From Desulfobacterales bacterium (GTDB lineage Bacteria > Desulfobacterota > Desulfobacteria > Desulfobacterales > UBA5616): a stretch of 64,000 bases of DNA. Numbering within the stretch: position 1 is the stretch's first letter; every line of letters begins with the position of its first letter. Of this stretch, positions 38,878-48,062 are shown in pieces. The notes under the pieces were generated by a model. The model was not told the origin of the DNA. It did no database searches and saw nothing but the letters and a program-made list of their open reading frames with translations. Location of the stretch: contig JAWODC010000044.1 of assembly GCA_046483495.1 (NCBI GenBank), forward strand, positions 128,001-192,000, given 5' to 3'. Both the position numbers and the translations under genes were made by a program.

Positions 38878-39360
38878 ATGGAAAATGTAAAACGGTATTT
38901 GGAAGCAGAAGGTCTTCTCAGCTCCTTTTTTTCACGATTCAATTATTGCATCCCCTATTGTATTGCACCGCCGGGGCGGGCTCGGATTCCCACACCGGCC
39001 TGCTGCAGGAAACCGTACTACAAAGAATACGATACGGACCATCCCGCGTTTGAATTGTTGAGGCATCAACGGGAAAAACGATACGGACGGCCGGAAGATT
39101 TTTTTTATACGAAACGGATCAGCCCCTGCGAATACCACACCCTGCACGGGTGCCGGTTGAAAACCCACAAAAGTCCGGTGTGCCTGAGCTTTATGTGCCG
39201 GGAAAGCATTTCCTTTTTAAGGGAGAGTTACCGTATCTTCGGCTATGATTATCTGGGTGTTTATTATGCCTTGGAATGGATTTTGACCGGAACATTCACA
39301 GAAGAACAATTCACTGCATTCAAAAACACCTGTATTCACATGTTGGAAGGATTGGAATGA
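38878..39360 (+). CDS. Cys-rich hypothetical protein (possible metal/Fe-S-binding, YkgJ-like)
   Basis: CIPYC...ACC...PCEYH..GCRL....SPVCLSFMC. Confidence 0.6.
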   Translation: MENVKRYLEAEGLLSSFFSRFNYCIPYCIAPPGRARIPTPACCRKPYYKEYDTDHPAFELLRHQREKRYGRPEDFFYTKRISPCEYHTLHGCRLKTHKSPVCLSFMCRESISFLRESYRIFGYDYLGVYYALEWILTGTFTEEQFTAFKNTCIHMLEGLE

Positions 39361-39434
39361 ACCTCGATCGAATGTTGCATTCGATAATGTTGCCGATCGA
39401 TTCGTATGGTTTTCCGATCCCATTTCTCCCGGCA

Positions 39435-42400
39435 TTACCCGCGTTCTTTCAATCTTCGGCTGTGATCGAGCATCGGTTCGAAGAATCGAATAGCTGTCTG
39501 CTGGAATGTTCCTGATGACAGGAGGGATTCGAAATGGTGCGGCAAAAAGCATGTTCGAATGTAGGGATCTTCGGATTCACCTCGAAGAAATGCACTTCCG
39601 ATCCATTTTGCCCGAGCCGCTTTCACCGCGGAAGCTTCCGGTAATCGTCTGCCGATGCGGTAATCCGCATAGGCAAACGATGTTTCCGGGAAAAAAACCA
39701 GAGGGCGCTTCATGCCTTCCCGATACAGCATTACCAGATCGGAAAGCAGATCAAGGGCATTCAGCGGCTTTTGAAAGGTCCAAATGACATCCTTTCCAAT
39801 CAGAATGGTCTTATCAAACCCGCCGTCCGTTTCAGCGGCGCAGCAGACGATATGTGCAATCCATGCATCGACGATATATCCCGCCTTGATGTTTGTACAG
39901 GAAGCCTTCACCCGATCCGCCGCATACCGTTCGTCAATATGCCCGGTAATCGTATATTCACCGACGGCCAATCGGAAAGGCAGGGCCTCTTCCGACGGTC
40001 GGTCCAGGTGCTCGTTGACCTTTCGGCGAAATTCCGCCACATCTGCGGCAAGACTGCTGAATGCCGCCATGCCGGTGCTGCCGTGCGGAATTCTTCCGGC
40101 AGCCGCTTCAAGTTCCAGGCGGTGCAGCAGGTTCTCGTTTTCTCCGGATGCGCGAAACAAGTCCTGCTCCAGACAATACCGATCCAGACCGTTGAGTTCG
40201 AAAAGCTCTTTTTCATCACAATCCCACAGTTCATCGTCCAGATGAATGCCCAGACGCTCCTGAAGAAAAAACCGTGCCGGATGCTTGAAAAAACGCGACA
40301 GCGATTCCAGCGCTATGATATTGGAGGCATTCGCCGGCACGGGCAGTTCATCCCGGATAAAGCCGCATTGAACCGGTCCGCTTTTCCGGCGGTCCTCGGC
40401 CGCGCGACAGGCGTTGAAATCCTCTTCTGAATAGCTGAACAGATTCGGGTCACCTGAAAAATACCGCTCGGAGAATGCTTGCAGGGGATGGTGAACCCGA
40501 ATGTCGGATTCGGAGCAATTACATCCGTCAATCAGATAATCCATAAGGTCGCTGACCACCACAGAAGGAGGAATTCGCGTGTTGTCGAATGGACTTTGCC
40601 CCACATAGCTGATATGGAGTCTTTCTTCGGCGGACATAAGCGCCTGCAGAAAAAGGTATTTGTCATCATCCCGCTTTGTTCTGTCCCCCGGCCTCGGATT
40701 CGCCGCAATCCGATCGAAGCCGAGTGGCGCTTCATTTCTCGGAAATGCATCGAAGTTCATCCCGATCAGGCAAACAACATCAGCCGGTATACTTCTCAAC
40801 GGCAGCATGGAACAAAAGGTCACACCCATTGATCCACCTCCCGCTTTTTCGCCTCTTTTGGCCAGATACTGCTGCAAAAAAGACTTGACCACCGATAACG
40901 GTATGCACCGGCTGCATCCGGAAACCTCAAAAGCAGTCGAGAGGCGTGCCAATGCCTGAAACACGATACGGCTGTCTTCTTCATATTGCGGATTGCCGCC
41001 AAAAAATGCCTCGAGCAATTCCTTCAATACCTCGACCCATTGACCGAGGGTCCGTTTTTCTTCCAAATCGCTTTTGGCCTTTACCAGTCTTTCAAAAAAT
41101 TGGAGAAAATTGCCTAATACGCGTGTTTCTTCCCCTTCGATATCATCATATGGCAGAATCCCGGCAAACAAGTGACGATTATCTCCCGGCATGGCATAGC
41201 CCAGCAAAAGCCTGTCCAAACCCGCGCGCCATGTGTTTTCGTTCAATTCCGGGAGACCCAGTTCCGCTCGGTGAGTCCCGTCGATGCCCCACTTGATGCG
41301 GGTCCCGTTCAGCCATTTTTCAATCAGGGCCGAATTCTGCTCCCCGATTCCAAAGGTTTCCATGATGCCGGGGATGTCCAGCAATCGCATTACCTCTTTG
41401 CGGCCGAAACGGCTGTCTGAGATGTCAAGCAGTGACATGAACCCATTCACCAGGCGATTCCCGGTTAATACGTTTTGATCCCATATACGGAATGGAATTC
41501 GAATACGCCCATCCGTTTGCGCATCGAAAACCGCGTGTATAAAGGGAGCGTACGCGTCAATATCCGGCGCCATCACCAGAAAATCGTTCGGTGCAAGTGA
41601 CGGGTTCTCTTCGATCATTGCCAGTATCTCATTATGAAGCACTTCGATTTCCCGAAGGGGTCCGTGACAGGAATGGATCCGGATGTTTAACGGAATTTGC
41701 GCGGCGGCGCCCCCCGGCACCGCTGTCCCTTCCATGCCGCAGCCCCCCGTCCGATCCCGAAGGTTAAGCATATCGGATTGCACACATCCTAAAACAGTAC
41801 CTTCACCGATATCCTCGAACATATCGAAATCGACGGCTACCAGTTCGCTGATGCGGGAAAAAAATTCTCTGCCCATGGCCCCGAAATTGCCAAGCAGGGG
41901 ATTTCCTTTTTCCAGGTGGTCGTCATATGTGCCACGACCTTTCAATCTGTCCTGAATATGCCTGATTTCCTTTTCAGTGACGATATCGGACCAATATTCA
42001 CGACACGGATTGAGAAGAAAGAGATTAATGCGGATGTGATTGGAAAGAGCGTCCAATATCTCCAGATGAAAAGAAGTCAGGTAGGAAACACCGAATACGG
42101 AAACCCGGTGCGGGAGAACGCAGGTGCGGCATTCACTCCGCTTGGAAAGCGCATCAAAAAACCGCCTGCGAAGACCGGCACGATGATGGTTTTCGTTTCC
42201 CCGTGACAAGCGCCGCCACAATTCGGCCTGCCAGTGCTGATCGAAACCCGCCTCCCAGGAGGACATCATTTCGGGACGAAACAGCAGATACCGATTGTAA
42301 GCATCGGCAAGTTTGCCTGATAATCGGTACAGCTTCATACCGGTGGGATCATCCGCCAAATACCCCCTGATCTCCCGAAAATCGTTTTGATTCAAGAGCG

Positions 42401-42704
42401 ACGGAAGGGTGTTCATGATGTGGAAGGTCAACATGTCCGGTTCGAACAGCAGGCCGGATTGGGGTTTCAAACCAGCATTTTCAAACAAAAACCATAAAAA
42501 ATCATGAGGAAAATAATAGGTGATATTGGCGCAGACAGCATTCATCTCCGCCAACTTCATGGAGACCCACTGTTCCATGCCCCGTCCATGAACGACGATC
42601 ACTTCCGGGGCCAACGGATTTTCGGTGGGTTCGGAAACAATTTCGGCCAGCTTCTCCGACAATCGCTCCAATCGGTTACCGGCATAAATAAAGAGTTCCT
42701 TCAT
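39435..42704 (-). CDS. recC: Exodeoxyribonuclease V gamma subunit
   Basis: GNRLERL, PLAPEVIVV, YLLFRPEM, NPCREYW.DI, HSCHGPLREIEVL, PLRSIP, HPLQAFS; 1089 aa. Confidence 0.95.
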   Translation of the reverse strand: MKELFIYAGNRLERLSEKLAEIVSEPTENPLAPEVIVVHGRGMEQWVSMKLAEMNAVCANITYYFPHDFLWFLFENAGLKPQSGLLFEPDMLTFHIMNTLPSLLNQNDFREIRGYLADDPTGMKLYRLSGKLADAYNRYLLFRPEMMSSWEAGFDQHWQAELWRRLSRGNENHHRAGLRRRFFDALSKRSECRTCVLPHRVSVFGVSYLTSFHLEILDALSNHIRINLFLLNPCREYWSDIVTEKEIRHIQDRLKGRGTYDDHLEKGNPLLGNFGAMGREFFSRISELVAVDFDMFEDIGEGTVLGCVQSDMLNLRDRTGGCGMEGTAVPGGAAAQIPLNIRIHSCHGPLREIEVLHNEILAMIEENPSLAPNDFLVMAPDIDAYAPFIHAVFDAQTDGRIRIPFRIWDQNVLTGNRLVNGFMSLLDISDSRFGRKEVMRLLDIPGIMETFGIGEQNSALIEKWLNGTRIKWGIDGTHRAELGLPELNENTWRAGLDRLLLGYAMPGDNRHLFAGILPYDDIEGEETRVLGNFLQFFERLVKAKSDLEEKRTLGQWVEVLKELLEAFFGGNPQYEEDSRIVFQALARLSTAFEVSGCSRCIPLSVVKSFLQQYLAKRGEKAGGGSMGVTFCSMLPLRSIPADVVCLIGMNFDAFPRNEAPLGFDRIAANPRPGDRTKRDDDKYLFLQALMSAEERLHISYVGQSPFDNTRIPPSVVVSDLMDYLIDGCNCSESDIRVHHPLQAFSERYFSGDPNLFSYSEEDFNACRAAEDRRKSGPVQCGFIRDELPVPANASNIIALESLSRFFKHPARFFLQERLGIHLDDELWDCDEKELFELNGLDRYCLEQDLFRASGENENLLHRLELEAAAGRIPHGSTGMAAFSSLAADVAEFRRKVNEHLDRPSEEALPFRLAVGEYTITGHIDERYAADRVKASCTNIKAGYIVDAWIAHIVCCAAETDGGFDKTILIGKDVIWTFQKPLNALDLLSDLVMLYREGMKRPLVFFPETSFAYADYRIGRRLPEASAVKAARAKWIGSAFLRGESEDPYIRTCFLPHHFESLLSSGTFQQTAIRFFEPMLDHSRRLKERG

Positions 42705-42871
42705 AGAGGAATGTTTCTATTTTAAAATATCGTTGAGGAATTTGCAGCAGCGCTGCATTGAACCCAATCGTTTAAACCAACGGGGTTGTTTTCGGAAGGG
42801 TATACACTATCCTCGACCGATTGATCAATCACTGAAAAAAACGGGCGGGGTGATAACATAAAAGAAGGGTC

Positions 42872-42900
42872 TTGATTTTTGGAAGATTTTTATTTAGTGT
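42872..42900 (+). promoter_or_regulatory. Putative sigma70 promoter of the cobalamin transporter operon
   Basis: TTGATT(42872)-17 nt-TAGTGT(42895); the -10 overlaps the MITE left end. Confidence 0.4.
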
Positions 42901-43039
42901 CCATCCAGAAATGAGAAAATTCGATTCAGTTCAAGGCGGCTGACAAATTTTAACCGCATGAATACATTGAGTATTTTGAGGATTAAAATTTTTCGGCCAA
43001 CGCCGAAATGGAGCGAATCAGCCATTTCTGGATGGACAC
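42897..43039. mobile_element. MITE (non-autonomous, 143 bp)
   Basis: Perfect 17-bp TIRs GTGTCCATCCAGAAATG / CATTTCTGGATGGACAC; flanking direct repeat TATTTA (42891-96, 43040-45); internal palindrome AAATTTTAA...TTAAAATTT; no ORF. Confidence 0.85.
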
Positions 43040-43056
43040 TATTTAGGTTGTTACAA

Positions 43057-43235
43057 CAGTCGCTCGGCACGAGCTATTAAGGGGAAACCCTGTGAAATTC
43101 AGGGACGGGCCCGCCACTGTGACCCCGGTCCGGTAAAACCGGTTTGGTTGACGGGAACGCTTTTTGTCGTTGTACGCCTCTGTTTCAAGCGACGAAAAAG
43201 AGCCGGGCAACCGGGGAAGTCAGAAAACCTGACTG
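43057..43235 (+). ncRNA. Cobalamin (AdoCbl) riboswitch
   Basis: TTAAGGGGAA, CCCTG-TGAAATT-CAGGG, CCCGCCACTGTGA, B12 box AAGTCAGAAAACCTGAC, P1 CAGTC/GACTG; upstream of a BtuF-like gene. Confidence 0.9.
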
Positions 43236-43313
43236 AATGAGACCTTCAACCGCAGGGTCTCGCTGATAAGCACCTCCGCGGACCGAGGAAGAGAACGTAT
43301 CTTGGGGAAATAC

Positions 43314-43348
43314 AGCCCGGATCGACGCCGTTGGTCCGGGTTTTTTTT
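43314..43348 (+). terminator. Riboswitch-controlled intrinsic terminator
   Basis: AGCCCGGATCGAC-GCC-GTTGGTCCGGG followed by T8, just before the btuF start. Confidence 0.75.
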
Positions 43349-43358
43349 GGAATAGGAT

Positions 43359-44267
43359 ATGATGCCGGCTCCCAACAAGAATGTATGCATCGCATTGGGC
43401 CTGATGATCGTCTTCATTGCTCAATCGGCTGTTGTGTATGCCGACCGGCGGGTCACCGACCAGCTTGGACGGACGATAACCTTTCCGGACAACCCCAAAC
43501 GCATCGTTTCCATGGCTCCCAATATTACGGAAATCATGTATGCGTTGAACCAACAGCATCGGCTGGTCGGTGCAACGCTTTTTTCGGATTATCCGCCTGA
43601 GGCCGAAGAAATTCCCAAAGTCGGCTCGTATGTCCATTTGGACATCGAACGAATCGTCGCACTGCAACCCGACCTGTGTTTTGCCACGAAGGACGGCAAT
43701 CCCATTGAAGTTGTGGGCATGCTCGATTCAATGGATATTCCCGTCTATGCCGTCAATCCACGGAATTTGGATACGGTGATGAAAACGCTGCTGGAAATAG
43801 GCGCCCTGTTGAATGCGGAAGCAAATGCTCAACGGGTCGTCTCTCAGATGAAAAAGCGAATACAACGCGTGACGAAACGTGTCGCGCATGCCGATTCGCG
43901 ACCGAAGGTTTTTTGCCAGATCGGCATCAATCCGATTGTCTCCGCGGGAACCGATACCTGCATTCACGAACTGATCGAAATGGCGGGCGGGAAAAATATT
44001 GCCGAAGGGCCTGTTCCTTATCCACGGTTTTCCCGCGAACAAATTCTCAGCCTGGCGCCGGATATTTTTATCATTACTTCCATGGCCAGGGGCGCCGTAT
44101 TTGAATCGGTTCAATCCGATTGGAAAAAATTCCCAAGCATACCGGCCGTTCGCAACCATCGCATCATGCTGGTCAACTCCAACATCCTGGACCGGCCCAC
44201 ACCACGGCTCGTAGACGGCCTCGAAATGCTTGCCCGGATCATCCATCCCGTTATATTCAAGGAATAA
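43359..44267 (+). CDS. btuF: Cobalamin ABC transporter substrate-binding protein
   Basis: Signal peptide, PKRIVSMAPNITE, SDYP, DIERIVALQPDL, RPTPRL; downstream of the B12 riboswitch. Confidence 0.88.
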   Translation: MMPAPNKNVCIALGLMIVFIAQSAVVYADRRVTDQLGRTITFPDNPKRIVSMAPNITEIMYALNQQHRLVGATLFSDYPPEAEEIPKVGSYVHLDIERIVALQPDLCFATKDGNPIEVVGMLDSMDIPVYAVNPRNLDTVMKTLLEIGALLNAEANAQRVVSQMKKRIQRVTKRVAHADSRPKVFCQIGINPIVSAGTDTCIHELIEMAGGKNIAEGPVPYPRFSREQILSLAPDIFIITSMARGAVFESVQSDWKKFPSIPAVRNHRIMLVNSNILDRPTPRLVDGLEMLARIIHPVIFKE

Positions 44268-44274
44268 AAAGACG

Positions 44275-45285
44275 ATGCGCCGCTCAAATCCAGCCGTTGT
44301 AAACCGTTTGCTCCCGGTTCTGATACTGTCGGGAGCCTTGCTTGCAGCGGCCATGGTGGTCGGCATTTCGCTGGGGTCCTCCCAGAACGTTTTTCCGGCC
44401 ATTCTGAATGCCGTTTTCAAAAAGATCGAACTGGATCCCCTGACCGAGACCATTATTTGGCGAATCCGGTTTCCCAGGGTGCTGCTGGCCGCCCTTGTGG
44501 GTGCGGTTCTCTCTTTGGGCGGATTGGTATTTCAGGCCCTGCTGAGGAATCCGCTGGCGGAGCCGTATATACTCGGCATATCCGGAGGATCGGCGATCGG
44601 CGCGATATTAGGCATTCTCATGGGGTTGGCCCGTTTTCCGGGAGTTTGCCTGACGGCATTCATCGGAAGTATGGCGACGCTTGCCCTGATTTTAATCATG
44701 TCTTCGGGACAATCCCTCGTCAAGCGCGATGCTCTGCTGTTGTCCGGTGTCATGGTGAACGCTTTTTGTTCCGCCGTGATTATGTTTCTGGTTTCCATGA
44801 CGCATGATGCCAGGCTGCACAACATCATTTTTTGGCTGATGGGCGATCTTTCCATGAGCAGTTTACCTCAAATCGGGATATTAGCGGCCGTCAACATCCC
44901 GTGCTTCGTCCTTATTTTCGCCTTGTCCCATAAAATGAACCTGCTGATAATGGGGCGGGAAACGGCCCGGACCATGGGCGTACACTATACTGCTGTTGCG
45001 CTTACGCTGTTGATTGCCACGTCGTTTACAGTCAGTGTAACGGTTTCCTTCTGCGGGCTTTTAGGCTTTGTAGGGTTGGTGATGCCCCACCTGCTGAGAT
45101 TGGTGTTGGGGCCGGACCACCGCATTCTCGTACCGGCATGCCTGTTGGGCGGTGGCGCATTCATGATCATATGCGATACGCTGGCGCGTGTTCTTCCCCG
45201 CCAGGGGGAAATGCCGACCGGTGTCATTACCGCCATGATCGGGGCGCCTGTCTTCATTGTCCTGTTGAAGAGATCGAGATCATGA
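44275..45285 (+). CDS. btuC: Cobalamin ABC transporter permease (FecCD family)
   Basis: IRFPR, RNPLAEPYILG, WLMG, GFVGLVMPH, DTLAR, GAPVF. Confidence 0.9.
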   Translation: MRRSNPAVVNRLLPVLILSGALLAAAMVVGISLGSSQNVFPAILNAVFKKIELDPLTETIIWRIRFPRVLLAALVGAVLSLGGLVFQALLRNPLAEPYILGISGGSAIGAILGILMGLARFPGVCLTAFIGSMATLALILIMSSGQSLVKRDALLLSGVMVNAFCSAVIMFLVSMTHDARLHNIIFWLMGDLSMSSLPQIGILAAVNIPCFVLIFALSHKMNLLIMGRETARTMGVHYTAVALTLLIATSFTVSVTVSFCGLLGFVGLVMPHLLRLVLGPDHRILVPACLLGGGAFMIICDTLARVLPRQGEMPTGVITAMIGAPVFIVLLKRSRS

Positions 45286-46082
45286 AAAATCCGGTGATCG
45301 ACATTAAAGACATCGCGTTTTCTTACGAAAATGAACCCATTCTAAACGATATTACCTTCAGGGTTGCGCCCAATGAATTTTTCATCATCATCGGCCCAAA
45401 CGGATCAGGCAAATCGACTCTTTTGAAGCTGATTTCAGGCCTTCTCGAGCCGCTATCCGGCCATATCGATATCGGGAGCATACCACTGAAGCACTACTCC
45501 AGAAAGGCCCTCGCCCGAAAAATCGCCCTTGTGCCGCAAATCTCATCCGTGGATTTTCCCTTCACCGTTTTGGAAGTCGTCCTCATGGGGCGGGCACCGC
45601 ATCTGGGCATGCTGGGGCTCGAGCAAAAACAGGATGTCGAGATTGCCTGGCGCTCTCTCGAATTTACCGGAATCGCTCCGTTGGCATACCGGAAGGTGAC
45701 CCGGCTAAGCGGCGGCGAACAGCAGCGGGTATTTATCGCGCGGGCCATTTGCCAGGAGCCCGAAATTATTCTCCTGGACGAACCTACCGCCGCTCTCGAT
45801 TTAGCCCACCAGATTCGGGTGATGGACTTGATGGAGCAGCTCAAGGCGGAAAAAGGGATTACGATTGTCATGGTATCGCATGATGTGAATCTCGCCGCGA
45901 TGTATGGCGAACGCCTGCTGCTGTTAAAATCAGGACACATTGTCCGGGCCGGTCATCCCCGCGAGGTGATTACGTACGATATTCTTGAAAAAGCCTACGG
46001 GTGCACTCTGCTGGTGGATGAAAGTCCTCTGGGAAATTTTCCAAGAATAACGCAGGTTCCTAAAAAATACCTCGCCCCGTAA
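45282..46082 (+). CDS. btuD: Cobalamin ABC transporter ATP-binding protein
   Basis: GPNGSGKST, LSGGEQQR, LLDEPT, SHD; ATG 45282 overlaps the permease stop. Confidence 0.9.
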   Translation: MKNPVIDIKDIAFSYENEPILNDITFRVAPNEFFIIIGPNGSGKSTLLKLISGLLEPLSGHIDIGSIPLKHYSRKALARKIALVPQISSVDFPFTVLEVVLMGRAPHLGMLGLEQKQDVEIAWRSLEFTGIAPLAYRKVTRLSGGEQQRVFIARAICQEPEIILLDEPTAALDLAHQIRVMDLMEQLKAEKGITIVMVSHDVNLAAMYGERLLLLKSGHIVRAGHPREVITYDILEKAYGCTLLVDESPLGNFPRITQVPKKYLAP

Positions 46083-46086
46083 TTTT

Positions 46087-46174
46087 CGACCCCGATCCCG
46101 ACCCCGATCCCGATCCCGATCCCGACCCCGATCCCGATCCCGATCCCGATACTGATCCCGATACTGATACTGAT
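46087..46174. repeat. Hexanucleotide microsatellite (CGATCC variants), 14 full units
   Basis: CGACCC/CGATCC/CGATAC/TGATAC units immediately after the btuD stop. Confidence 0.92.
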
Positions 46175-46276
46175 TTTTTAAAGTATTATCTGTTCCGATT
46201 GGTTGACGGATACCCGTAAGTAATCGTGATGTATGGGATATCAACTCGGCTTGTAGTCATCGGCCGGGATTTTTTC

Positions 46277-46325
46277 TTGACAAGGCGGCACGGAGTGTAT
46301 ATTTTTAAAAATCGAGCGCTCGCTC
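46277..46325 (+). promoter_or_regulatory. Putative sigma70 promoter and palindromic operator
   Basis: TTGACA(46277)-17 nt-TATTTT(46300); palindrome GAGCG-CT-CGCTC (46314-25) just downstream. Confidence 0.5.
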
Positions 46326-46357
46326 ATTTATGGTTAAGTATCTGTGAACACTAATTT

Positions 46358-47833
46358 ATGAAAGGATGGCTGTTTACCATGCCTCGCAATGACCTGGAGA
46401 GAATGTTTGCACCGAAATCCGTCGCCGTCGTCGGCGCCAAACAGATAGACCCGACCCTCCCCTACCTGGGAATGTTCGGCGCGATTCAACAATGCGGCTA
46501 CAAGGGACGGCTTTACCCCATCAATCGGAATCTTCCGGCAGTAAACGGTGTAAAAGCCTATCCGAATCTGATGTCCTTGCCGGAACCGGTGGACCTCGTA
46601 ATCATTTCAGTGCCGGCACCCGCCGTTCCCGATGTTCTTAATGATTGCGTCGCTTCGGGCAACAAAAATATTCACATTTTCACAGCGGGATTCAAGGAAA
46701 CCGGAGAGCCCGACGGGCTGAGATTTCAAAAAGAAATTGAAGAAATAGCGGTGTCGAACGACCTCCGGGTGATCGGACCCAACTGCATGGGCATTTGTGT
46801 TCCGGAACTTCGATTGGCAACCTGGAACAATCCCGTCGATGTCACCGGTCCTGTCTCATTCGTCAGCCAAAGCGGCGGACACGCCCAGGATTTTTCCAAT
46901 TATGCAGCGGATTTGGGCATCGGATTCAGCAAGATCGTCAGCTTCGGCAATGCTCTGACCCTCGACAGCACCGACTTTCTCAATTACCTTGCCCAGGACC
47001 CTAAAACAGAAATTATTGCCATGTATCTGGAAGGGGTGAAAGACGGCCGCAAACTGATGGACCAGATCAAACGCATCAATCCCGTCAAACCGGTGGTCAT
47101 CATAAAAGGCGGATTAACGAAATCCGGCACCCACGCAGTCGCATCCCATACCGGCTCCATGGCGGGGGAAGAACAGTTCTGGAGGGCGTTTTTCCGGCAA
47201 ACCGGAGCGATTCGCGCGCATTCACTGGAAGACATGGCCCACACGATTCTCGCCCTGCTCCGTCTTGACCGCACTCAAGGCAAAGGGGTGTGTGTCTTTG
47301 GCTCCGGAGGTGGAGTCGTTGTAGCCATATCGGATGCCTGCAGCAGGATCGGCCTGGATCTTCCGCCCTTTTCATCCGAGATGCAGCAGTCCTTGAGAAA
47401 ATTTATTCCGGAAGCCGGAAACATGATCAAGAACCCTCTGGACGCCCATCAGATTATATTGGAAGCCGACAAATACCTGGCAAAAACGCTCGATTTGATT
47501 CATCGAGCGCCGGATATTCACATGGTGATCATCTCCCTGCATACCGACTGGATGGGGCCGCAATTAATGCCAAAAGTGGTCTCCGCAATTAAAACGATCG
47601 TCCCGGCGCATCTGAAGGAAAAGCCTTTCGTAGTGTGCTGGCGTCAGACACGACGGGATCAGGAAACACGACTGGCGGCCATGCGTTTGGAAAAAGAGCT
47701 TTCAGAATCAGGAATACCGGTGTATCGCAGCTTCGAAGATGCCGCACTCGCCCTTGCGCGATTTTCCGACTACCACCTTTACTATGCGGGAGGGGGGGAA
47801 TCGGGCACCGAAAAGATTAGAATGGCATCGTAA
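46358..47833 (+). CDS. NDP-forming acyl-CoA synthetase alpha subunit (CoA-binding protein)
   Basis: PKSVAVVGA, AGFKETG, GPNCMG, SQSGG, SHTGSMAG phospho-His, NPLD; no ATP-grasp domain. Confidence 0.88.
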   Translation: MKGWLFTMPRNDLERMFAPKSVAVVGAKQIDPTLPYLGMFGAIQQCGYKGRLYPINRNLPAVNGVKAYPNLMSLPEPVDLVIISVPAPAVPDVLNDCVASGNKNIHIFTAGFKETGEPDGLRFQKEIEEIAVSNDLRVIGPNCMGICVPELRLATWNNPVDVTGPVSFVSQSGGHAQDFSNYAADLGIGFSKIVSFGNALTLDSTDFLNYLAQDPKTEIIAMYLEGVKDGRKLMDQIKRINPVKPVVIIKGGLTKSGTHAVASHTGSMAGEEQFWRAFFRQTGAIRAHSLEDMAHTILALLRLDRTQGKGVCVFGSGGGVVVAISDACSRIGLDLPPFSSEMQQSLRKFIPEAGNMIKNPLDAHQIILEADKYLAKTLDLIHRAPDIHMVIISLHTDWMGPQLMPKVVSAIKTIVPAHLKEKPFVVCWRQTRRDQETRLAAMRLEKELSESGIPVYRSFEDAALALARFSDYHLYYAGGGESGTEKIRMAS

Positions 47834-47919
47834 AAGTCATGTGGAGGATGCGGCCTCCGTACCCTGAGGGAATACGGCCGACAACCGTCACGTGAATAAC
47901 TTCAGAAAATCCCAAGTCG

Positions 47920-47958
47920 GGGCCTTCCGGCTTTTTTTGATGCGGAAGGCCGTCTTTT
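47920..47958 (+). terminator. Stem-loop, probable terminator
   Basis: GGCCTTCCG-loop-CGGAAGGCC followed by GTCTTTT. Confidence 0.45.
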
Positions 47959-48062
47959 CTCGTGTCAAACGTAAACCGAAGTAAAAGATATTGCTTTTTA
48001 CGGGAAAGACGTATTTAAAAAGAAAGTATATCCCTTCACCTGTCAAACCAAGGAGACGCTGT

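Noticed and set aside
38732..46174. The two tandem repeats as CRISPR arrays
   Set aside because: Units are 6-9 bp with no unique spacers, and no cas genes are present.
45930..46244. Minus-strand ORF with an RDRDRG repeat
   Set aside because: It is just the translation of the microsatellite and overlaps btuD antisense.
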